Source: Eremomyces bilateralis CBS 781.70 (Eukaryota). From it: DNA of 64,000 bases. Shown one piece after another: positions 36,536 through 50,048 of the stretch; within the stretch, counting starts at the first letter, position 1, and every line of letters starts with the position of its first letter. The notes under the pieces are model-generated. The model had not been told where the DNA came from. It searched no databases and saw only the letters and a program-made list of their open reading frames with translations. The stretch lies in assembly GCA_010015585.1 (NCBI GenBank), contig ML975153.1; one strand, written 5' to 3'. Position numbers and translations under genes: made by a program.

Positions 36536-36926
36536 TTACAGAATCATACCCCAGGTTTTGTGCACTGCTTCCTCCTGCGCCTGCACCTCCTGAAGCTCCT
36601 TCTCCTCTCGCTCCATCTCGACAACCGAGATTTCTTCAAATCCGATCCGTTGGAGGATCTTCCAAGTTAAGTACCGGTAGGCAGTGTGGCCCGTAACCAT
36701 ATCGCTGACGTCCACGTTCTCGACCCCTTTCACGCCTTGGATCGCTTGCAGCCCAGCGATGCCGAATTGGATAGAGCTTCTCCTGTAGAGGAAGGCAAGG
36801 GTGTAGTCATTGTCAGAATAGACGTTGACCAGCCTGCCGGCAACCATAGCCCTCATTTTTCTCCAGTCTGCAGTCACTGGGCGTAGGTGCTCCCAACAAA
36901 GACGACGGACTCGACCAACCCGAAGG
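36536..36926 (-). pseudogene. C-terminal fragment of a DUF726/TMCO4-like gene, frameshifted and 5'-truncated
   Basis: FGLVESVVFVG / APTPSD / ADWRKMRAMVAGRLVNVYSDNDYTLAFLYR..GIAGLQ..VENVDVSDMVTGHTAY read across small frameshifts. Confidence 0.75.
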
Positions 36927-37055
36927 AGCATACAGTTCACCTCCCTCTCAGATGTGAGATGAACTTTCCTTCTTACACTACCTTCAACCTTGAACCAGCA
37001 GTAGTTCATCAAGATGTTGTTTAGTTCGTCTGAGAGCGGGCCGACCTGCAGCCTG
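36926..37055. mobile_element. ~130-bp MITE-like derivative of the MULE at 2426-7052
   Basis: Left GAGCATACAGTTCACCTCCCTCTCAGATG...GATGAACTTTCCTTCTTACACTACCTT matches 2426-2454 and 2541-2567. Right TCTGAGAGCGGGCCGACCTGCAGCCT matches 7026-7051 with one mismatch. Confidence 0.82.
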
Positions 37056-37354
37056 CGTCATAGTAGATTAGGAATGGTGGTGGAGAAGAAGTCACATGAA
37101 CATTAAGTCACGTGGTTTACGTTCGCAAACCCCTTCAAGCCAATCAGAGGGCAAAGAAGGATATTGATTCGACCACTTAAGTAACTCGTTACGCTCGTGA
37201 TAAAGACCCTTGGTCCCTGTTCTTTTTCCCTTTCCTCTCATTGGTCGGCTCTCCCCAGGATTCAATCTTCAAAAGTTTCGAGTTCGACACGCGATGAACA
37301 GTCTGAACATTTCCACCACGCTCAACTTCCGGCTTACAATTGCGGACGGCAAAG

Positions 37355-39861
37355 ATGCGGGCAAATCGTCTCGCTAGAGTATCAAATGATGCTCTGCGGG
37401 CATTTAGAACGCCAGCTTCACGCCCAAGAATAGAGCTTTGCTCTCAATGGCGCTGTAACAGCACATTTTCATTACCTTCAGTTTCACAGCGGACTGTCCA
37501 AAGAACAGGGCAATGGCAGTTGAGGAGACACCAGTCCTCCGAAGCCACCGCGACATTGTAGGCTCTGAATCCTATCTCATCCAAAGTTTACGACGCTAAC
37601 TTAAAGTGTTGTAGAGCAGAACAGGCCTCGCAGGACCCATCGAGTCTCGGGCTAGATACCATCATCCAAAACCTTGACCCGGCCGAGGCTAAACGTCTCT
37701 CGCAATTGCGAAACATTGGAATCGCTGCGCATATCGATAGCGGTAAAACCACCTCCACCGAGCGCGTCCTTTTCTACACCGGCCGCATCGGGGCCATCCA
37801 CGAGGTTCGAGGCAAGGATGCCGTGGGCGCGAAGATGGATTCCATGGACCTGGAGCGAGAGAAGGGCATCACCATTCAATCGGCCGCGACCTTCTGCGAC
37901 TGGATCAAGAAGGAAGACGGGGTGGAGAAAAAGTACAACATCAATTTGATCGACACACCGGGGCACATTGACTTCACTATTGAAGTGGAGCGTGCTCTGC
38001 GGGTTTTGGACGGGGCGGTCATGATCCTGTGCGCCGTATCGGGTGTGCAATCGCAAACCATCACGGTCGACCGACAAATGCGGCGGTACAACGTGCCTCG
38101 GATCACGTTCATCAACAAGATGGACCGGATGGGAGCGAATCCGTTCAAGGCGATTGACCTGATCAATCAGAAACTAAAGCTTCCTGCCGCCGCGTTGCAG
38201 GTTCCGATTGGCACCGAAGATGCTTTCAAGGGAGTGGTGGACTTGATTCGGATGAAAGCGATCTATAACGAAGGCGTGGGCGGCATTGACATCGTCGAGA
38301 CGGATGAAATTCCTCCGGAGGTCCAATCGTTGGCAGAAGAGCGGAGAGCGATGCTTATTGAGACACTTGCCGATGTGGATGATGAGATCGCGGAAATCTT
38401 CCTCGACGAAAAAGTCCCGACGCCGGAGCAAATGAAAGCCGCCGTAAGACGCGCGACCATCGCGCTCAAGTTCACTCCCGTCTTGATGGGTTCGGCATTG
38501 GCCGACAAATCGGTCCAACCGATGCTTGACGCGGTCTGCGATTACCTTCCGAATCCGTCAGAGGTGGAAAATCTGGCGCTCGATCGGGCCCAGAACGAAG
38601 CCCAGGTCAAGTTGCTCCCGTACAATTCCGAGGGCTTCGTCGGCTTGGCGTTCAAGTTGGAAGAGAGCAATTTCGGTCAATTGACGTACATTCGCGTTTA
38701 CCAAGGCTCACTCCGCAAAGGGATGAACGTTTTCAACGCTCGCTCGGGTAAGAAGGTCAAGGTTCCACGCATCGTTCGGATGCACTCCAACGAAATGGAG
38801 GACGTGCAAGAGGTCGGCGCCGGAGAGATCTGCGCCGTGTTTGGAATCGACTGCGCGTCGGGCGACACGTTCACCGACGGTACTCTTGCATACACCATGG
38901 TAAGTGACGCCTCGTGCTGCAGCTTCCCGATGTGATGTCTAACTGCTCATTGTAGACGTCCATGTTCGTTCCGGAACCGGTCATTTCGCTATCCATCAAA
39001 CCGAAGCACTCCAAAGACGGGACCAATTTCAGCAAAGCCATCAATCGTTTCCAGCGCGAAGATCCGACCTTCCGCGTCCACGTCGACGCCGAGTCGCAAG
39101 AAACCATCATCTCCGGCATGGGTGAGCTGCATCTTGAGATCTACGTGGAGCGCATGAGGCGCGAGTACAAAGTCGAATGCACCACGGGCCAGCCGCAAGT
39201 CGCCTACCGCGAAACCATCACCGCCTACACCCCGTTCGACCACCTCCTGAAAAAGCAAACCGGTGGCGCGGGAGACTACGCCCGCGTGATCGGCTGGATG
39301 GAGCAGAACCCCGGCGAGAAGGAGAACCACTTCGAGAGCCAGATCACCGGCGGCACGATCAGCGAGAAGTTCCTCTTCGCGTGCGAGAAGGGATTCAAGG
39401 AGTCCTGCGAGAAGGGCCCGCTGATCGGCCACCGCGTGCTCGGCGCCAGCATGGTGATCAACGACGGCGCCACGCACATGACCGACTCGTCCGAGCACGC
39501 CTTCCAGAACGCCACGAAGCAAGCGTTCCGCAAGGCGTTCGTTGCGGCAAAGCCGCAGGTGCTGGAACCCATCATGAAGACCGAGGTGACCGCGCCCACC
39601 GAGTTCCAGGGCTCCGTGGTCGCGCTCCTCAACAAGCGCAACGCCGTCATCGCAGACACGGAGACCGGCGTCGACGACTTCACCGTGCTGTGCGACTGCA
39701 GTCTGAACGCGATGTTCGGGTTCAGCTCCCAGCTGCGCGCGGCCACACAGGGGAAGGGCGAGTTTTCCATGGAGTTCAGTCACTATGCGCCGGCGCCGCC
39801 GCAGTTGCAGCGGGAGTTGGTGGAGAAGTATCAGAAATCTCAGACGGAGAAGAAGAAGTAG
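37355..39861 (+). CDS. MEF1: mitochondrial translation elongation factor G1, 3 exons
   Basis: Arg-rich presequence exon; [27 protein letters not shown] and [10 protein letters not shown]. Introns 37558-37614 and 38900-38955. Confidence 0.96.
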
Positions 39862-40287
39862 GGGGCGGTGGGGTCTGCGTTGGAGCGATCTTGTACATTG
39901 CATGTAAGCTAAATATGGGCGTGCACACCGCACAGGGAAACTTTGGATGTATAAGTAGGTACCAAGGCATCGTATGGTTGTAGAAATCGGCAATGGCGCA
40001 TTGTAAATCATGAAAGGGACTCCGCTCTCGAATTCAATTTGATTGCACTGTTTCCGCTGAATGTACCTGATCTTTTATATGAGTTGAGCTATGTTCTCGT
40101 CTGGACGTGGCGAAAATGATCAACTACGAATCGTGCCTTCAACAGGATTCATTAACATTGACCTGTGCCATTCGCAGAGAATGGAAACCAAACCGTCCGC
40201 TACATAAGTCCATCATAATGTCTCGTCACCATCCTATGCTTGCGAAGGGATATTTTATCCGAAAGATCAAATCCTCCCTCCTCCCGC

Positions 40288-42768
40288 TCATTCGTGATAG
40301 CCCTCCATGGTAAGCGATCGAGAACTCCTCCGTTTCATAGGTCTCTCATTCGCTTCGGGATAGGCCTGTGGCCTCTTCCTCCCTACCGCGGTGGAATGCG
40401 TCGAGCGCCCATCGTTGTCGATGCCTGGAATCCCCGAGCCGTTGGAGAGTAGCGCAGCGAGCTCCATATCCTCACCCGTCGTCATACCATGCGCAACATC
40501 TTCCAGTTTCTTGATAGCCTCGTTCATGGTGTGGCGCCTCTTGTCATCTACCCCTTGACGACGGCAGATCATCCTTTCCAAAGTCTGGTCGCGTTCGGCA
40601 AGGCGGTGCTTGAGGGTCTCCAGCTCCTTGGCTTCGCGCGCCTTTTCGTCCTGGAACACTTGGATCTGGCTGGTGTGGTGCTGGATCTCACGGTTAGCGG
40701 AATCGATGGTACTCTGGAGGTTCTGCCGCATCTGATCCCAGGATTGTGCCGCGTCTAGGAGCCGGTCCTGCAGTTGGAGGTATTCCGATGCTTGCTCGCT
40801 GATGTGCTCTTCTCGGCCCCTGACCGTTCGCGCGAGCTCCTGGTTTTGCTTCTCGATTTCCCGCAGCCGCATGTTAAGGGATTCGATGGTCTGTTCCAAC
40901 TCGGCAATCCGGCCCCTACTCTTCTGAGCATTGACTGCATCGATGCGAGTCTGTTCGGTAAGCGCTTCCTGCACGTCTTTCAACTGTTGATCTTTTCGCA
41001 TAAGCGACTCTCGAAAATCACGCGCGAGCGAGTCCGAAGCACCCTGAAGATGGCCCATTTTACGCTCATTGGCTTCCATCTCTGCGTTTTTGCTCTTCAA
41101 GGCATCCTTGAGGATGGAAATTTCCGAGTCCTTGGTCGTTACCTGTTCGCCCCTTTTTCTCTCGGCCTCGTGAGCCTGACGCATCTTTGCAATAAGGATT
41201 TCCTCGGTCGCCGACGCTCGCTTCTGCGCATCGGCAACGCGGTCGATCTGCTTTTCGATTTGGGCTTTGAGGTCATCTTCCGCATGAGACGCGGTGATGT
41301 GGGCGGATTCGGCATCGCGTAGCTGCGAGGCAGTCGCTTCCATCCCCTTTCGCAGGGACGCCATATCATTTCGCATGGATTCCATCTCTTCCTCCAGCTC
41401 GCGCCTCTTTTGTTCGGCCTTCTCTGCCTGCTCGAAGGCATCCTCTTTGGCGAGGTCTGCAATCTTTCGATCCTGGTCTAAGAGTCGGATCTCATATTGA
41501 AGTTCGCATTTCTCGTCCGCAGCTCTCTGAAAATCCTGATTGAGCTCTACAACCAGGTTCTCCAGCTCCTGGACCTTGGTGTTGAGATCGGAGGCCTGCT
41601 GTTCCAGGTCAGAATTTGATTGCTGGAGAGATTCCACAAGAGTCCGCTGTCCGTCAAGCCTACTCTCATGCACATCTTGTTGGGACTGGACGAGGTTTTC
41701 GAGCACCTTGATCTCAGTCCGATAAGAATTGGCGCAGTGGGTGAGACGTGACCTGGTATCTTCGGAATCAGCCAGCTCTTGTGCCAATGTTTTTGCGTAT
41801 TCCTTCCACTCCGTGATCTTCCTGGTGCGTTCGTCCAGTGTGCGATCGCATATGGCCTGGGTGTTTTCCAGAGCTATCCGTCTCTTCCCCTCTGCGTGCA
41901 CTTGACTGGACAGCGCATCGATACGTTGATCGCTTTCATGCGCCAGAGCAGTGAGGTGTGAGATCTGCACTTTGGCCGCTTCCAGCAAATCCAGTCCATG
42001 ATCTTGTGCATCGTCTAACTTTTCAGCCAGGTTCTTGCATCGTCTCGGGCCATCTGCTGCTAATGATTGTTCGCACGCAAGGGAGAAAGCAGTCGATGAG
42101 CCGTCGAGAGGGGTCGGGGTTCCTGGTGTTGGGGTTCCTGGGGTCGGAGTTCCTGGGGCCGGTTCAAATATCGATTCAAGATCCATGTCGTCTCCATCTT
42201 CTGATCGGGATTCAGCGAGACACACCGTTTCACGAAGCAGCTCCACTTCTCGCTCAAGCTCACGGATCCTATCTTCCTCATCCCCAATATTGATCCCGCG
42301 TTGTCTCTGAAGTTCCAGTTCCAGTTGCAGTTCCTCAATCATGCCTTCTCTCTCGCGAAGCTTTTCGCGGGTTTCGTTGAGATCGTTTTGTCGTCCACGT
42401 GCGCGGCTCTCAACATTATTCTGTTCTTCTGAGAGGTGAGATCGGCGTAGCCATCTCCGGGTTCTGTTTGACAACCGCTGTTCCAGTGGACTGAATTGGA
42501 TGGTGGTCGAAAGGTGGGGACCCGTATTTGGCCTTTGGTTCGAGCTTGTGGGTGTGAGAGGATGTCCATTTCGTGTAGTTTGGAGCGGTATAAGCGATGT
42601 CCGGCGAACGGACGGAGTGAGCCCAGTTGCAGCGGAGGTAGGAGTTGGAGGAAGTTCAGCGGTAGCCATAGAGAATTCGGCTTTCTTCTCGCTGGTATCT
42701 TGTTCTGAGTCTCTCATGTGGACATTGTCACTCAGCGGAGTGCGCTCCATGATGCTGGGTCCTTTCAA
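40288..42768 (-). CDS. long coiled-coil protein of unknown function; further 5' exon(s) likely
   Basis: 826-codon ORF with E/K/Q/R/L heptads, QFSPLEQRLSNRTRRWLRRSHLSEEQN motif and (PGTPT)x3. A GTAAG donor lies upstream near 42862. Confidence 0.8.
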   Translation of the reverse strand: MKGPSIMERTPLSDNVHMRDSEQDTSEKKAEFSMATAELPPTPTSAATGLTPSVRRTSLIPLQTTRNGHPLTPTSSNQRPNTGPHLSTTIQFSPLEQRLSNRTRRWLRRSHLSEEQNNVESRARGRQNDLNETREKLREREGMIEELQLELELQRQRGINIGDEEDRIRELEREVELLRETVCLAESRSEDGDDMDLESIFEPAPGTPTPGTPTPGTPTPLDGSSTAFSLACEQSLAADGPRRCKNLAEKLDDAQDHGLDLLEAAKVQISHLTALAHESDQRIDALSSQVHAEGKRRIALENTQAICDRTLDERTRKITEWKEYAKTLAQELADSEDTRSRLTHCANSYRTEIKVLENLVQSQQDVHESRLDGQRTLVESLQQSNSDLEQQASDLNTKVQELENLVVELNQDFQRAADEKCELQYEIRLLDQDRKIADLAKEDAFEQAEKAEQKRRELEEEMESMRNDMASLRKGMEATASQLRDAESAHITASHAEDDLKAQIEKQIDRVADAQKRASATEEILIAKMRQAHEAERKRGEQVTTKDSEISILKDALKSKNAEMEANERKMGHLQGASDSLARDFRESLMRKDQQLKDVQEALTEQTRIDAVNAQKSRGRIAELEQTIESLNMRLREIEKQNQELARTVRGREEHISEQASEYLQLQDRLLDAAQSWDQMRQNLQSTIDSANREIQHHTSQIQVFQDEKAREAKELETLKHRLAERDQTLERMICRRQGVDDKRRHTMNEAIKKLEDVAHGMTTGEDMELAALLSNGSGIPGIDNDGRSTHSTAVGRKRPQAYPEANERPMKRRSSRSLTMEGYHE

Positions 42769-43686
42769 CGGAGCGAAGCATTCAATGTTGGACTGATAAC
42801 TATTGTGGCTATTATTGGTATGGATCGCTTGGAAGTATTCGATGCACGGATTGTGTGCTTACCTGACTTTAGCCTAAGGGTAGATTTATGCAAAAGTCAC
42901 GTACAGATCAGTCAACCTGTACCTGACAGGTTGACGCGGAGGGGTCCTAGTTGAGACTTGAGGTGAGTACGTCTCAGAGACGGTCACAATTAAACCTGGC
43001 CAGTCAGAAAACGAGAAAGGAAACAGCTGACTGAAGCGGAATAATAAGATACGTGTAGTAAATCTTGCAGCGAGGTGGCAGATCTGCTTTGTTGTGAGTC
43101 GGCGGTACGTTGGTTTCAGAAGTGGTTGCAAACGCGTCGACGTGTAGGGGGTTCTTACTTTTCCCCGCCAGACACCATCGTTATCAGATCCCCCCGTGCT
43201 AATAAAGATGCCCACAACAGATACAATACCAAGTTAAGCCGTCTCCCTAGAGTCTAGACACCATCATCATACATGTATGCACCTTGAATTCGCCTATAAT
43301 TACAGCACACTTGGTGTTGACACGAAGCTGACGCGCTGCACGTGACCGACAACCTCAATATATGGCGATGAAGTATCGGCTTATGAACTGTCTTGCTAGC
43401 CGTGAAATATAGTGAGTATTCTGAATTATTAAAGATCGAATGCCTCAAATGACAGACACCATGATAATGAATACTATGAAGGCCGGTACAGTGTAAGTGT
43501 AAAGTTTCCAGTTGGGCCAGCCAGGCCATACATAGAAGTCGACAGGATGGCTTGGATCCTGGAACAGCCGAACTGTACCCGAACGATATCGGCCAGATGG
43601 TGACATGGTGTTTTAGCTGCGCCAAGGGGAATTTTTCCCCATTCACGCAATTCCCATCCCATCTCTTTCAGGCGGCATAAGGAGAT

Positions 43687-44897
<1,211 letters not shown>

Positions 44898-45481
44898 ATA
44901 AGACGATTATTCAAAGTATCTTGCCTTGTGGCAGGTCTTGTTGGACATCTGAGCGACCAAGATACATGTGACCGGAAACACGGGATGCTGACACTAGAAA
45001 CAGGGTTCCCTCCGGACCAACAGCCTATTGTCACGGTTTCTACGGAATATTCGTTGTTCTTCTGCAGTTCATTTTTCATCTGTTTTTGCAAACGTCAAGA
45101 CTCAAGATAGGACTGGTGGTGGAGTCCTAAGGGTCCGGAATTTGCATGGGACAGAATTAGTCCCTTCGACGTCATTCCACCCTCTCATCCAAAACGAACC
45201 TCGCCGTTCCTCACCAGCAAGGGCCATACATGACCGCGTTCGCGCGTCACCTACCTTCCCGACTTTCGCCTCAATGTTTGAACTTCCTAGTCGCGGCGAA
45301 TTCACCTAAAGTCTCTACTATTTTTATTTTGAGTTGATCTTGCAAATTCCTAGATCTCGTTCAAGTCTCGTATCCCTCGTTTTTCTTCCTCCCCAGCCCC
45401 AGCTTGTCATCTCCACCATTTCGTTCCTCCGGCCCCTTGCTAGGACTCCAGGTGAAAAAGACCTCATCCTCATAGCACATC

Positions 45482-46637
45482 ATGGCTCAACCTATCCACA
45501 GCTCGATGACCGACCCGCATAGCTGGCTGCTACAGGTCACCATCGGGCAAAACTACGACAGCTCAACCCACGAAGTCGTCACCGTCAACCGCGATGAACC
45601 ATATCATGTGTCGACCGACGACCTCGAAGCCGATGTTTATGTCCGAATACGTGACTTCAGAGGTGCCATCTCTCTTCGGGAATCCCACGAGTACTTTTAG
45701 GTTGATTATATGTACAGGACTCCCCGAAGATTCACCAAAATCTTCCTCCTACTTCTCTCATCCCAATCACAAGAACGATCGCTATTCAATATCGTTGTCG
45801 TTTCGTCCCAAATGGCCGATAAACGGAAGCGATCTTGTCTGGGGTAATGATTTCGACCACCCTGTCCGTGATATGCTCCCCCCAGGATTCAGCTACGCTT
45901 TTAAATTTGTTAAATGGTGGCTCGACCCGGGTTTAGAAGGCAATCCATATGCCGACGAGCCCTGGCTTTATGGGCCGATTCTATCGAGCATGAACGCAAT
46001 CTGGGTGGGGGATAAAGTGGGTGAATCAAGAGAAAAGGATCAGACGGAAACACAGGATCAGCATCATGCGAATGGGCATGGAAGTCCTAGCGTTCGGAAT
46101 TCGGCCGATGGAGCGGAAAATCAACAAAATTCCGCGAACAGCCTCGACGCAGATCTAAACATTGAGGAAACATTCGATGGCTTCGTCCCCATCGAAGGCG
46201 CTAGCCAGTCAGGTCGGAGCATCCGAGAGGACCACAGTATTCCCTCCGATCCCTCTGCCCGACGGAAACACTTCCTCGACCCCGAACGTCGTTCCTCATT
46301 TGTCTTCGAACCCGATCGCGAATACCGCTGCGATTTCCACAACGAATTCCTCGACTTCTCCGACTTCTCCCTCAAGCTGCCGGGATTCTCGCTGAATGTC
46401 ATCCGACATCTTGGCAGGCACCTGAAGCGAGACCACACGCTGCGATACGTGCTGAAGGACAAAGGACGGAACAAAGAGTTGCTCGTTGTGCTTTTCACCT
46501 TGATCCCGGCCGATGGGAGTGAATTTGCTGAGTGGGTGGACGATGTCGAGTCCACGTCAGTAAAAGGTTCGGATGAGGATAAAGATGACAAAGACGAGGA
46601 CAAAGACGAGGATAGCGTAGATGAAGGTGTCGATTGA
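45482..46637 (+). CDS. DUF1769 family protein, 2 exons
   Basis: VRIRDFR|GLP..SP..S.YF and WGNDFDHPVRDMLPPGF..KWWLDPGLEGNPYADEPWLYGP. Intron ~45663-45717. Confidence 0.85.
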
Positions 46638-47137
46638 TTTGTACAAACGAGCATGTACCATTGTCAGCATGCGAATACCCTTAGCGAAACGGAAATCTGC
46701 ATTATCGTGCTTCACCTGCGGGAGCATCGGTACAGAGACTAGCGAAATTGCCTTCCGGTTTTTGCAGCTGCCAGCTCTGGAAACTTTCAGAGCAAAGCCT
46801 CCTTACAGGTCTTGGCGTAAATTATACGCATCGATTCTTGGTGATCGGTACTCCGCAGTATTGTTCCAGCCGCTACCTAAATGTTTTCCAAATCGGTGCT
46901 TTACAAATTGCATCACGTGAACAAGAATGATCTTCATGCGTCGAGCAATTCAGCAAAGCGGCTTGGTTGTCTTACAAGGCTGGCGTCAATCATGCACCAC
47001 CTCTCCCTAGCCTTATCCGCATTTCCCAGTCTACAGTCGCGTCCCCATCATGTTTCATTTGCTTCTTGACAAGAAATGATGTTTGAGTCTATCGAAAAAC
47101 TCATTTGGTGGAACACTTCCCGGTTCAAGCAAAAACC

Positions 47138-47777
47138 ATGCGTCTATTGAAGCGCAGTGGCAGTGGCCAGTGGGGGACTGAGCCTGACAAAGGACCTGGT
47201 TGACGACGATATCCCTCAAAAATACGCCATATTCTCGCATACATGGATACGTGATGAGGAGGTCACATCCGAAGACTTTACAAAAGGGATGGGAAAGCAC
47301 AAAGATGGGTATAAGAAGATCGAGTTCTGTGGAGAGCAGACCGTTCGCGATGGCTTGGAGTACTTCTGGGTGGACACCTGCTGCATCGACAAGTCAAACA
47401 ACACCGAGCTATCGAAGGCCATCAACTCTATATTTCGGTGGTATCGCAATGCGACACGATGCTATGTCTATCTGTCGGATGTTTTGGGACCAGTCTCTGG
47501 CGCAAACAACTCGGAGTGGGAGATGGAGGCGGAGATGCACGAAGCTCTGCGTAAAGTGCGTCAGGATCAGGAGAACCATAACCCCCTTGACAAAGCAACG
47601 AACCCCTTTAATAAAATCTTCCTTGCCTATGAGACCATGTGGCGAGTGGTTTTGCACGGTTTTCTGGAGGTCAAGTTTCGCAATGCCCCGGACCAACCCA
47701 TCTGGCTCCAAAGTTTGGAGAGCATCTGCCAACAGGGTATGACACCGTCGAGAAAGTGGCAAAAGCTCGGATTGTGA
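47138..47777 (+). pseudogene. HET-domain (HET-E-like) gene fragment, frameshifted and fused to unrelated sequence
   Basis: MRLLK (47138) is out of frame with YAIFSHTW..EEV..WVDTCCIDKS..ELSKAINSIFRWY..CYVYLSDV. The usual WF.RGWTLQE motif is absent. Confidence 0.75.
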
Positions 47778-48504
47778 ACATCTCATGCGTCCATATTACT
47801 TGACTGTATAATATTCATGCAGGAAGAATTAAAAAAATCGATATAGACTTAGCGTTTGCCGAGTCCATTCTAGGCCGAGCAGGCAAAGCCCTCATCCAAT
47901 CTTTGCCCCTAATCTGCATCATTCGTGGGAAACATTTCAGATGCAGCTGCGATGTTCTGCTATCTTCCAAATCCTGGCCCTGCGGTGCTGGCAGGCCGTA
48001 GTGTTTGACAATATCTTCACGGGGTCTCTCCTTCGGATGTAAACAAAGGATCCCAACCTTCATAGCGCACCTTGATCTCCAAATAGGTAGCCGCCAAAGA
48101 CATACCCGAACGTCACAGTGGGTATAATCCCCCAAGCTTGGATGTTGGAGCCAAAGCATCATAGACTCGACGGCTCATGGTAGTATGGAATATCCATGAC
48201 CATCAGCTATCCATAAGAATAATGTGATGAGACCAATCATCCCGTTCGTGGTATATCGACAACATCCAAGCTGTGCCAAGCCATGGGATAATAGGATCGG
48301 ATTTTAGATCGGGTATATGATCTGTCCACCATGCTTCGTAGAGTCGTTTGGCGGCACTTGGTGGCGACTGAGTCGAGTGTGATGATCCTCCAGCGATGAA
48401 AGGGTTGGAAATGATCCTGGGATGAAAGGATTGAAATGATCCCTCGTCATGGGAGAAAGGTAGCGGTTCTGCGGGCATTTGTGTCCATTTTTTCCATGCA
48501 GTGC

Positions 48505-49026
48505 TTATCCATTCCAACCAAATCTTCGCCATGCTTGTCTTGCAAGTGGGTTTCCGGCCCAGCCCATTTGACCGTCGTATGCTCTAGCCGCAACAGCCTG
48601 GTCCTCCCAGTACTGCCACTCTTGATGCCAACGCCCTGACCAGTGCTGAATATCATCGACGGTTCCGTCGATGCCCCGATTCCACACATATACGCCAGCT
48701 ACTGCGACTGTAAAATAGATCGCAAGCCGGAAGAAAAACAAAACCCAAGATACCAGAGTTCGACGAAGCATGTCCAGGATTTTGAGGGAGAGGAATACGA
48801 CGACGAGAAGTAGCGCGATCGAGGCAAGGTCGGGTTTCGCTATAACGGGTTCGATCAAGGCCATCAGCGCGTCTTTTAGATAGAAGACGACGGAGGTTCC
48901 GCGACTCATGATGCGTGGGCTATACTGGTGGAATATGTAGTTCGACCACTCTGATTGCTGTCAGTTACTGGCTCAATTGGTGTCGCTGATGAGATGCGAA
49001 AGTTACCAACCTTGGACGAGATCCAT
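48505..49026 (-). CDS. APQ12: Apq12-like nuclear envelope / pore biogenesis membrane protein, 2 exons
   Basis: MDLVQ|EW...PDLASIALLLVVVFLSLKILDMLRRTLVSWV..VYVWNRG; two TM segments. Confidence 0.7.
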
Positions 49027-50048
49027 GGTATGTGATATGAGTGTATTCTCCAGTATGTAAGTCCCCTCAATGTGTTGAAGACCGAGATCAGTCATGCACG
49101 TCACACAGGTGAAAGGAACATCAGTGTCTCTGAAGCTCCAGTCAAGACCTGACAGCCAATATGTCCTAATTAGCAAGGACAATCCAATCTCCCCAGAAAG
49201 CCTAATTAGTGTTTACGGTACATATGTAACAAGTAGTTAAGTAGGTATCTTAAACCACCGGAAGCAACTCATGTCCTTGATGTCGGAGTGTTATGCAGTG
49301 GGGAGAGATTACTAGTTTAGAGTACCGTTTGTTCCTTGATGATCTGCATCTGGACTCTGGAGTAATGATAGTGTAGGTCACGTGCCCTAACATTGCGACC
49401 TTACCATTTTGTTTTCCACCTGTTTCCAACAACAACCAGGTATGGGTAAGCAAAGGACTTAAAACAGGTGGATCTCAGATGAGCAGAGCAATCCGAATAT
49501 AAAAAATCTCTCTAAGCGAGTCTGATGTGTTGTCATATCCTGGTTTACTCGATGCGCTGATGCCTTTTCAATGTGTAATGCTGGGTACAGCCTACATATA
49601 CAGCTATGGTGGTCAATGATCATCACGCCACCACAAGACTGTGTTCAGCATTGAGGTTGTGGACAGACTAATAAGCCATCACAAGTATACTTTTGACAAA
49701 GCCAAGCAAACTGCTATCATAACTTTCAAGTCACGTCACTTAAAACCAAGGATATGCTTACCATCTTTGCTCCCGATCAACCGAACATGGGCAAGGGGAA
49801 GTCGCCAGTGTCCCGGCGGAGGAGAGCGACCCAAGAACGCCTAGCCCTTGGAAAACATCATGCCACAAATTGGATAGTAAGGTAGATCGTGACAGGGCTG
49901 TAGGAGATTAGTATCGAGATGTGAAAACTTAAGGTGTTGGGATGTTCGAGTTAACTATATAAAGCGATGGCTGCCGTGCTGTGTCTCCGTGATGACAAGC
50001 AACAAGACGACAGGAAATATACATCATACTATATTACACTAACACAAT

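Noticed and set aside
47815..48532. Minus-strand ORF pieces downstream of APQ12
   Set aside because: Broken frames, no recognisable motif.
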